Shown: in pieces, positions 25,528 through 33,665 of the stretch | Numbering within the stretch: the stretch's first letter is position 1 | Layout: each line of letters starts with the position of its first letter | Source: an uncultured Eubacteriales bacterium | Lineage (GTDB): Bacteria; Bacillota; Clostridia; Lachnospirales; Lachnospiraceae | Length of the DNA stretch: 64,000 bases | Direction: 5' to 3' | Assembly: GCA_900316755.1 (NCBI GenBank) | Contig: ONED01000004.1 | Location: forward strand, 713-64,712 | Position numbers and translations under genes: made by a program | The notes under the pieces: model-generated | Seen by the model: only the letters and a program-made list of their open reading frames with translations | Told to the model about the DNA's origin: nothing | The model's database searches: none

Positions 25528-27966
25528 TTATTTCGTTAGGCAGCTTTCAGCAGCCTGATTATACAAATAAAGTGATTTTACAAGGTTCTGTAATGTTGCT
25601 TTCGTAGAACCAGTCAGTGCGTAATATCCATATGTAAGTGCACTTACCGTACAGGTATCTGTTTCTCCCGTTACAGTGTTTTTTACGGTAATCGTATGCA
25701 TATCGCCCAGACTGCCTGCTACAATGTTTTCAATTGCGATATAATAGCTTCCGCCCTCTGTCTGACGAATAACCGGAGTACAAGTAGATGATGTAACTTC
25801 CAAAGCATCTGCTGTAACACCTGATGCACATGTAAAATACAACCTTAATGTTGTTTCTGATTTTAGTACCAGACTAATATTCTGCATGGCAATCACATTT
25901 TGCGACTGCAATGGCTGATATTTGTATTCTAAAAAGGCATCTGTCACTACATCTTCGAGTAAGCCCTGATCCGCCGATTCTAAACCTGCATTTGTCAGAT
26001 TATCCGCATTATAGTTAAAATATTGCTGTGCATATGCGCCATAATTTAACATGGTTTTCACAAGTTTCTGAATGTTTGGATCCGTTGTCTGGGTAAGAAC
26101 ACTCTCTGCATACTGTTTTATACTGTAATTATATTCCTGACTCTTCACACCATCGTAATATACAACAATCTTCACTGAATCTGCCATTTCTTTGGCAGGA
26201 ACGAGGCAACTGAATGGATAACCATTCTCTGTAGCTGTCCCTGCATCTTCGAACCTAAGATGCTCTATCGTTCCATCCAGGAATTCAAAACGAACATTTG
26301 CCTTGCTCTTCTCCTGCTCCGTAACTGTTCCATCAAAATCCAAGAAGAACTGAAATTTAATCGTCCCTTCCAAAGTCGCACTCGAGCCGGAAATAGATGC
26401 CTTCTTCGTCCAGACTTTCACGTTGGAAACGGTAGTAGTTCCGCTGTTTGCATAAATGTATGGTGCTCCTGCCACTCCATCCGTGTTGCCCGTGGTACAC
26501 TTCTCAACCACCTTCTCGCCATTCATCCACATACTGACCTTCTGTGGCTCCACGCAGAAAGTAATCCGAATGCCGTCTGCAAGACCGGTCGCTCCACTTT
26601 TCTCTGCAAGGTGTACGTTTGACGCAGAATAAATACACCAATAATTTTTCTGTAACAACAGTCTGCCGTGATTTCCACGGTTATAAAGCCAACAGTCTCC
26701 GTCTGATTTTATCGTATAGCTCACATAGAAAGTATCCTCCGCCGGGATGGCATCCGTGTACATATTTCCATACCTCGCTTCACTGTCCACGCTCAGAGTT
26801 TCTGTTCCATATTTTAAGGAATCTGTTGTTTCGCAATACACCGGCTCATCTGATAACGACACCTTTTCTGTCCAAACCTGAATATTAGAGACTTCAGATT
26901 TTTCAAAACTCCAGAGAATCATTGGTCTGGCCGCACCTACATCCAAAACCGCATCATCAAAAATCTTCACATTACCCAGCCAGATTTTCAGCGTGTTCAT
27001 GGCAGAATAAAATGTCAGCGTAACACCTGCACCTCCCCCGCCGTATTTACTGGTCAGATTCGAAAGCGCGTCATTTCGAATTTGTTCTGTTTTGGGAGTA
27101 TCGTTTCCATTAAATATTCGGTAGAAAAATGGTGTCAGTTGGATATAAGAACCATCTGCACGACACTGGATTTCTACGTTTCCTTCATTTTTCAATGTCA
27201 TCGTGCAGTAATATGCCGAATCTGCAGGCATATCTGTCTGAATCGCCGCGTCCCCTTGGCTTGGAACTGTCAGAACTTTGCTTTCTGCATCATAAGTTCC
27301 TCCCAGAGAGCCCTGAACCTCATACAACACCTCTGAGGATGGGTCATATTGGGGGAGAGCAGTCGCAACAGTCCAAAGCTGTATATCTGTAATCGTCACT
27401 TCACTGTATGTCCATGTGACCTTTGGCTGTGATGCCCCCGAATCCGTCACAGCAATGTCAAACACCTGCTTTCCTCCTGCCCAGAATGCCATTCTGTCAG
27501 TAGACGAATAAATAGTAACACGCAGTCCATCCGTAAAATTTCCGGACACTCCCGTACCGTAATTATACCAATTGCCCAAACTGCTACTCCCGCAACCGCC
27601 ACTTTGGATATTAAAATAAATGCCACCTAAGCGTGCCTGCCAGTTAAATCCCCTGTAATCCGAGGTCTTCACTGTCATGCTAAGACAATAGGCCGCTTCT
27701 GCCGGCAAGTCCGACAGAATCTCTGCACTTGAGATTGCCGATACAGTGAGCATTCCATCCGTATAATTTCCTCCGTTTGATCCTGTAACAGGATACCGCG
27801 TATCCTTCCCTTCTTGAAAGACCGGCTCCGTGTTTCCCGGCTCTGCTGCCAGAACCGGTGTATCTGGTTGTAATTTTAAATACGCAATTGACAAACCTGT
27901 AACTAATGTTAATGTTAACAAGAATCCCAAGAGGGATTTTCCGCTATTTTTGATTTTATATAACAT
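25528..27966 (-). CDS. Exported 812-aa protein: three beta-sandwich-like modules plus a conserved C-terminal domain (LVKTMLNYGAYAQQYF)
   Basis: Signal peptide; three repeats ending DIQLWT, NIQVWT, NVKVWT; C-terminal ~290 aa aligns by eye with the 61524 gene; no TM or LPxTG anchor. Confidence 0.85.
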   Translation of the reverse strand: MLYKIKNSGKSLLGFLLTLTLVTGLSIAYLKLQPDTPVLAAEPGNTEPVFQEGKDTRYPVTGSNGGNYTDGMLTVSAISSAEILSDLPAEAAYCLSMTVKTSDYRGFNWQARLGGIYFNIQSGGCGSSSLGNWYNYGTGVSGNFTDGLRVTIYSSTDRMAFWAGGKQVFDIAVTDSGASQPKVTWTYSEVTITDIQLWTVATALPQYDPSSEVLYEVQGSLGGTYDAESKVLTVPSQGDAAIQTDMPADSAYYCTMTLKNEGNVEIQCRADGSYIQLTPFFYRIFNGNDTPKTEQIRNDALSNLTSKYGGGGAGVTLTFYSAMNTLKIWLGNVKIFDDAVLDVGAARPMILWSFEKSEVSNIQVWTEKVSLSDEPVYCETTDSLKYGTETLSVDSEARYGNMYTDAIPAEDTFYVSYTIKSDGDCWLYNRGNHGRLLLQKNYWCIYSASNVHLAEKSGATGLADGIRITFCVEPQKVSMWMNGEKVVEKCTTGNTDGVAGAPYIYANSGTTTVSNVKVWTKKASISGSSATLEGTIKFQFFLDFDGTVTEQEKSKANVRFEFLDGTIEHLRFEDAGTATENGYPFSCLVPAKEMADSVKIVVYYDGVKSQEYNYSIKQYAESVLTQTTDPNIQKLVKTMLNYGAYAQQYFNYNADNLTNAGLESADQGLLEDVVTDAFLEYKYQPLQSQNVIAMQNISLVLKSETTLRLYFTCASGVTADALEVTSSTCTPVIRQTEGGSYYIAIENIVAGSLGDMHTITVKNTVTGETDTCTVSALTYGYYALTGSTKATLQNLVKSLYLYNQAAESCLTK

Positions 27967-27979
27967 CTTTTGTCCCTCC

Positions 27980-30900
27980 TTACTTTCCTTCCCAGATTTT
28001 TACATCTTCCACATTGGTGTATGTTCCACCGTATGCCGAAAATGCCACATAGGTACCCGGATAATCACTTAAATTGCCAGTCAGGCACAAATCTTTTACC
28101 TTCTGTCCATTTATCCAGAACTCAGCCTGATTATACTTTATTTTTACAGTGCAGTACATTTTTTGCGATGTCCATTTCGTCTGTAAATATCCCAGACCGG
28201 AGTTGACAAATTGTGGCCAATTACTAATCTGTACATTATTCTTCTTTGCTTCCAAGAGAACGCACTGGTTTGGATAAATGCGCAGTGCAATATTCCTACT
28301 CTCCGTTCCCCTTAAGGATACCTGATAATACTGGGCATCCGTATCAACTGCAAAAGACATACAGAACTCGTTTCCGGAAATTGGCATCTCCGGGAGTGCC
28401 ATCGTCTGTGCTGATCCGGTACTGTTTCCAATTTTCATAAGGTTCTGACTCGCTATAAGCCTGCCCCTTCCACTTGCGTATACCGGTCTGTCACAAGGTG
28501 TCTCTCTCCAGACTGTAATGTCAGAAACGGCTGCGTTCTTTCCGGCATAGACGTAAACGCCGGGACTTGCAGCGACATACGCAGACACATTTTTGGTATA
28601 GGCAAAGTCCTGTATTTTCTGACCATTCATCCAGATTTCCATGTCATTGCCTGCCACATGCATGGTCACACGATTTTTATCTTTTAGATTCAAATTGCTG
28701 ATTCCACTCTTGGAAAATGGATTCCAATTTGTAAACGTCTGATTTCCTCCTTGATTTACTACCACATACTGCGTAGGATATACACGGAGAGCAATGTACT
28801 CACTTCCGTTGGACAAATATGCCACGTGGAAGCAATCCGCCGTCACATCTGAAATAGTGAAGGAATAATAATAGTCCTCCCCATCCGCTAAACCGGTAGT
28901 CAGGATTGCACTCGTCGCATTGTCTCCGCCAAGAAGGACTCCGTTATTCTTGGCATCCACTATGGTGCTGCCTGTGTATACCCCATCGCTTAACAATACA
29001 TGACGTTCGGCATCATAATAAGGTTCATCTGTTCCCTTGGACCATATTTGAACATTGGAAACAACTGCTGTTTCCCCACTTGCGAGTGAGAAGCAAAGTC
29101 CCTGTACACTACCTGTCATTCCGATATCCGACAAGAATCCATCCGACAGTCCAATCGGGATACCATTCACCCATAATTGCACGCTTCCATCTGTCACGGA
29201 CACTGTCACATTCTGCATCTTTGAAATGATTAGCCAGTCAACAGACTTACTATTTCTTATGCTATCTCCTACATAACCGAAAACCATTCCATCCTGCAAG
29301 CGCAGCTTCGAATACTGCGTCCCATCACTGTGACAATAAATATCCAATGCATCCCCTGTCGTTTCCACGTCAAAGGACATCGCATAGTCTCCTTCTGTGA
29401 TTGTCGTATCAAACCATGCCTCCGGTGCAAGATTAGCGAAAGTAATCTCTAGATTAGCGAAAGTAATCTCTCCGTTCACACAAGTAGGTTCGGTAATACA
29501 GGTAATTGTGCCTATTTGATCCTTTCTGTTCGGAACCGGGCATCCGCTGATACCGGACTTTTCTTCCCAAACTGTCAAATTCGAGATCTCAGCACTCTGG
29601 GAGTCCTTCAAAGGTAAATATACTCCACAGTAGGGACTTGCATAAGTCGAACTCACATAACTATCAGTATAAGTAATCGCCGGCATCTCCACTCCGTTAA
29701 TCCAAAGCTTTACGCTGTTCGCATCAGAGCGCAGCACCACATGATGATTCTCGGATAAAGTAACGCTACCAAGAGACGTGTTCTTAAACTGCGTCCAGTC
29801 GCTTACTCCACCCCCGTCTACGACCGCCACACACTGGTTACTATAGATACGAAGTGCCAACACCGCATTGGTTGCTGTTCTGTATCGTATTTCATAGTTG
29901 TTTCCATCCGTTTTCACATCAAAAGAAATACATCTGTCATCCCCGGTCAAATTCGTGGCAAAATCTGCATATGCATTTTTGCCCGTCACACGATATACGT
30001 TGTTTACTGCGTCATAGTTTCCGCCCTTGATTTTCACATCACCGGAAATCACATGGTCATATTTACCGGGTTTAACCGGTAATTCTTCATTTGTAAGATC
30101 GGTAAGACAAAGCTCACTAAAAGTGCTGTTCGTGTTATAGGAAGCAATTCCTACTACGCCACCGTCAAATGAACCTATTATCATCGATAATTCTTCGCAA
30201 TATACCCCGTTAACATAGACTTCCAGATGATTCTCCTTTTGCATCATCCATAGCTTTGCACTGCTTCCGTAAGTCGTGTTGCTCTTTGCAAGCTCTTTCC
30301 CGTTTCTTTTTAGTCTTACATATCCATCCTTATACAAAGCCAGATAATAACCGTCAGATTGTTCCACAACCGTACGCTGCTTTGCTCCGATGACAAAACC
30401 TGCATAGCAGTCTTCATCTGTCTTTACCTGATTTACGGTTACATTACCGCCAAACATTACATCCGTAAAACCAATTGCAGAAATATGGTCAAATGTGGAC
30501 ATGCGATAGTAAACGTCGTTCCATAGTTTTGTATCAGATACAATTTTATTTCCACTCTGTACAAATGACGCCTGATAATCGCCCAGAATATCCGTCCAGT
30601 TCTGTGTCAGGCTGTGTACCGAATCATTGAGAATTTTACCTATACCATCCAGATAATATGTCATATATCCCTGTTCTATACTTACTCCGTCTACTGAAAA
30701 GACAAAATCTCTTTCTTCTCCCACGTAAACCCAAATGGTGTCACCCACACGCTCCACTGCCACAGCAAGACCGGTGGAAGGAACTGTCACGTTCACGCTC
30801 TTTAATTCTGTACCATTATAACTCAGGGCTAATTTCCCTGCAGAAGTAAGACTCAAGACATACGCCTGTCCTATCGTCTCATCCAATGTTGCACGCAGCA

Positions 30901-33556
30901 TCGTAATACCCGCAGTGCTTCCGGAATCCGGTAGCAGATTTACTAAAATACGGAAATCAGAAAACTTTCTGTTTTTGATTGCAAGCTGGGAAATACCCGT
31001 TCCTGTTTTTCGTGCAATTCCTCCGTTTACATACTCCCATTCCGTTTTAGTTCCTTTTATACTCATACTTATCCGGGTTGCGTTGGCACTATTTGATGAG
31101 AATTCACAGTTTCTCTCCTCAGGATAACAGGGAGTACATACCGTTACGCCGTCCCTGATGCTATCACCAAAGCATACATATTCCATCGTTGCCGACGCAC
31201 CGGAAGCCACATAAATTCCTGCTTTATGGGTACTGTAATTCGCCCTTACATTCTTCCCGATGGTCTTCCATTCTGTATCGTCATAGGAGTAGACAGCGCT
31301 GAAATCTGTGCCAATTTTCTGGAGTTGCACAATGCATGCACTGTCAGGCGCTGTGTCCTGTACTTTTGCCCGAACAATCACCTCACCATTTAAGATTTCA
31401 CCCAGTGCCAGATAAGAAGTTCCATCAATCTTTATCCTGCCGGCAAAAATCAAGTTATTCTCATCCTGAATAGCACCCACACCTACCGGTGCAGTCTCAT
31501 TTCCTGTTGCAGCCCCCATCTTACATTTGATGGTATAATCAGACTGCGGTGGATTCTGAAGAAAACTCAATGCTTGTCCCTCTGCAAACTCTTTAGAAAG
31601 AACCAGCTCTGCCTTTGTATCGTTTACTGCATACACATCATCATAGCCATAATTTGCAGATTTTTTACCCGTCACCAGCACATTTCCGCCCGGCAAGATT
31701 GTCATCTGAATCTTTCCATTTGAAACGGTATACTGACTTCCTGTAATATAGTCAGTCAGTACTGCACCATCTTTTACATTGTATTTTTTCACATCAATTG
31801 TTTTTGTGTAAGTGTTATCCGTCTGGTTGGTAACCGCAAGCACTGTTCCGTTTTCATCAAAACGCCCAAATGCCATCAGCTTATCAGCATCACTTAGAAC
31901 TTCATAGTAATTCGCCCCTGTTTTCAGAGCAGAATACTCCCTTCTGAGTTGCCCTAATGCGCATTGCAGGTTGTAGACAGACTTGTCCCATTCGTCTTCA
32001 TTCCAGTTAAAACTATTGAATCTCTGTGCACCGAATCCGTCTTCCTCATTGCTTTCTGTTCCGACTTCATCCCCATAGTAGGTACATGGCGAACCCACAA
32101 AAACCATCTGACACAGATTCAAGGCACGGAGCTTCGCCGCATCGACCTTCGAGTCATTCGTAATACGCACTTCATCGTGCAAGTCATACAGATTCAGTGT
32201 ACAAAGTCCCAGAGAACGAGTACGGCAGATGTAATCCAACAAATCTGTTGCGAAGCTTGTCTGATTATATGTGTTTCCATAATTATCAACCCCGTTAAAC
32301 CATCTCCGAAAGTACCCACGCTCTCCGTAAGTGGTATCCCAGTCGTCTGAACTTAAAACATTGTTATGCGACGCAACACGCGAAAACTCTTCACAAATTA
32401 GCAACGCATCCGAATTTTCCGCTTTGGCTGAATCGGTGATTTCTTTCACAATCTGTGCATAGCCCTGCGTACCTGTATAGTAGGAATTTACCGCATCAAA
32501 ACGCCACGAGTCAATATTGTAAGGAGTCTTCAGATATCTCTTCAACACAGAATCCGCCCCCGTATATAACAACTCTTTGGCTCTTGCATTGGTAAGGTCG
32601 ATCTGTGGATTGCCCCATACATAAGACACATTTCCCCCGGAGTCCTTTACAAAAATATCCTCCTTGTCCAACGGATTCCTCGTACTGTTCGCCCAGATGC
32701 CATCCCCCATCGCATAAGAGAAAATTGCATCCAAAGAAAGCTTCATCCCGTTGTCATGCAGCGTCTGACTAAGGTTTATCAAATCTGCGTCTGTCCCGAG
32801 ATTCGGTGAAATTTTATAGTAGGACAGGGGACCAAATCCCATATTCTGTCGCGTATCCCAAATCGGATTAACATAGACCGCATCAATACTTAAGGTCTTC
32901 AGATAGTTTACCTTATCTGTGATTCCCTGCAAATCGCCTCCATACCGTTCCATCAGACCACTGGTGTTACTATTCCATGCAATTCCCTTCTGAGTCTCCG
33001 TATCCACCGCATCATTGTGGATGTCCCCATTATAGAATCCGTCCGGATTGATGAAATACCAGTTTGCCCCCTTTGCCCAGTCGGGAGTAGAAAATCCCGG
33101 AGTAATCGTAAAACTGTAGGCATACCATGGAGCAGAAGGGGTCCTTCCTCTCGCACCATAATAAACACTTGCGCCATTATTTGCAGTCGCCTGAAAATGA
33201 TAATAGTATGTATTCTGATGTCCGGGAATCGTTGCTTCCCAGTATTCATAATACCCAGTCGCATCAGTACTACCCTTCTTCATGGCAATTTGATCCCAGT
33301 TAGCACCATAATTGTCAGCAGAAAAATTATCTGTCGTATACCTTAATACAGCAGACTGCAAATTGCCTTTTTCCGCCCGCAGTTTTACCGTAATCGCTTC
33401 GCCTTTCCCAGGTTCTATGTTCGAAATATACACATATCCCTGGTCATGAAATACTTCGCCTACCTCTGAAGCTGAAAATACGATAAAACCGACTGCGCAT
33501 AATGCAAGTGCCACAAAAGCAATGAGCCACTTGTATTTTTTAATTCGCAACTTCAT
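27980..33556 (-). CDS. Exported multimodular GH13 enzyme (MalZ/neopullulanase-like), 1858 aa, with ConA-like domains and four C-terminal repeat modules
   Basis: N-terminal Ig-like domain, FSTPDWAKGANWY.INPDGFYNGD, GGDLQGI..KVNYLKTL, catalytic WRFDAV / CEEF / LHDEVR; N-terminal hydrophobic signal. Confidence 0.85.
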   Translation of the reverse strand: MKLRIKKYKWLIAFVALALCAVGFIVFSASEVGEVFHDQGYVYISNIEPGKGEAITVKLRAEKGNLQSAVLRYTTDNFSADNYGANWDQIAMKKGSTDATGYYEYWEATIPGHQNTYYYHFQATANNGASVYYGARGRTPSAPWYAYSFTITPGFSTPDWAKGANWYFINPDGFYNGDIHNDAVDTETQKGIAWNSNTSGLMERYGGDLQGITDKVNYLKTLSIDAVYVNPIWDTRQNMGFGPLSYYKISPNLGTDADLINLSQTLHDNGMKLSLDAIFSYAMGDGIWANSTRNPLDKEDIFVKDSGGNVSYVWGNPQIDLTNARAKELLYTGADSVLKRYLKTPYNIDSWRFDAVNSYYTGTQGYAQIVKEITDSAKAENSDALLICEEFSRVASHNNVLSSDDWDTTYGERGYFRRWFNGVDNYGNTYNQTSFATDLLDYICRTRSLGLCTLNLYDLHDEVRITNDSKVDAAKLRALNLCQMVFVGSPCTYYGDEVGTESNEEDGFGAQRFNSFNWNEDEWDKSVYNLQCALGQLRREYSALKTGANYYEVLSDADKLMAFGRFDENGTVLAVTNQTDNTYTKTIDVKKYNVKDGAVLTDYITGSQYTVSNGKIQMTILPGGNVLVTGKKSANYGYDDVYAVNDTKAELVLSKEFAEGQALSFLQNPPQSDYTIKCKMGAATGNETAPVGVGAIQDENNLIFAGRIKIDGTSYLALGEILNGEVIVRAKVQDTAPDSACIVQLQKIGTDFSAVYSYDDTEWKTIGKNVRANYSTHKAGIYVASGASATMEYVCFGDSIRDGVTVCTPCYPEERNCEFSSNSANATRISMSIKGTKTEWEYVNGGIARKTGTGISQLAIKNRKFSDFRILVNLLPDSGSTAGITMLRATLDETIGQAYVLSLTSAGKLALSYNGTELKSVNVTVPSTGLAVAVERVGDTIWVYVGEERDFVFSVDGVSIEQGYMTYYLDGIGKILNDSVHSLTQNWTDILGDYQASFVQSGNKIVSDTKLWNDVYYRMSTFDHISAIGFTDVMFGGNVTVNQVKTDEDCYAGFVIGAKQRTVVEQSDGYYLALYKDGYVRLKRNGKELAKSNTTYGSSAKLWMMQKENHLEVYVNGVYCEELSMIIGSFDGGVVGIASYNTNSTFSELCLTDLTNEELPVKPGKYDHVISGDVKIKGGNYDAVNNVYRVTGKNAYADFATNLTGDDRCISFDVKTDGNNYEIRYRTATNAVLALRIYSNQCVAVVDGGGVSDWTQFKNTSLGSVTLSENHHVVLRSDANSVKLWINGVEMPAITYTDSYVSSTYASPYCGVYLPLKDSQSAEISNLTVWEEKSGISGCPVPNRKDQIGTITCITEPTCVNGEITFANLEITFANLAPEAWFDTTITEGDYAMSFDVETTGDALDIYCHSDGTQYSKLRLQDGMVFGYVGDSIRNSKSVDWLIISKMQNVTVSVTDGSVQLWVNGIPIGLSDGFLSDIGMTGSVQGLCFSLASGETAVVSNVQIWSKGTDEPYYDAERHVLLSDGVYTGSTIVDAKNNGVLLGGDNATSAILTTGLADGEDYYYSFTISDVTADCFHVAYLSNGSEYIALRVYPTQYVVVNQGGNQTFTNWNPFSKSGISNLNLKDKNRVTMHVAGNDMEIWMNGQKIQDFAYTKNVSAYVAASPGVYVYAGKNAAVSDITVWRETPCDRPVYASGRGRLIASQNLMKIGNSTGSAQTMALPEMPISGNEFCMSFAVDTDAQYYQVSLRGTESRNIALRIYPNQCVLLEAKKNNVQISNWPQFVNSGLGYLQTKWTSQKMYCTVKIKYNQAEFWINGQKVKDLCLTGNLSDYPGTYVAFSAYGGTYTNVEDVKIWEGK
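29430..29471. repeat. Exact 21-bp tandem duplication, in frame
   Basis: agattagcgaaagtaatctct x2; protein EITFANL-EITFANL. Confidence 0.95.
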
Positions 33557-33592
33557 GATTTTGTAAACCTCCCTAAAAAAAATTCTGTTTTC

Positions 33593-33665
33593 AGTATACT
33601 TTTATTCAATGATAACAGGAATGGATAAAGCCCCATGCTTTTCATGCTTTTAGCAGTTTTATCCA
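33593..33665 (-). promoter_or_regulatory. Putative activator-dependent promoter of the GH13/812-aa/peptide operon
   Basis: -10 TATACT (33598-33593), element TTTATCCATTCC 19 nt upstream, TGGATAAAACTGCTA 52 nt upstream; same layout as 59697-59768. Confidence 0.6.

Noticed and set aside
33634-33651. 9-bp tandem catgctttt x2 in the promoter
   Set aside because: Element spacing matches the paralogous promoter (52 vs 51 nt), so it is not a recent insertion; probably chance.
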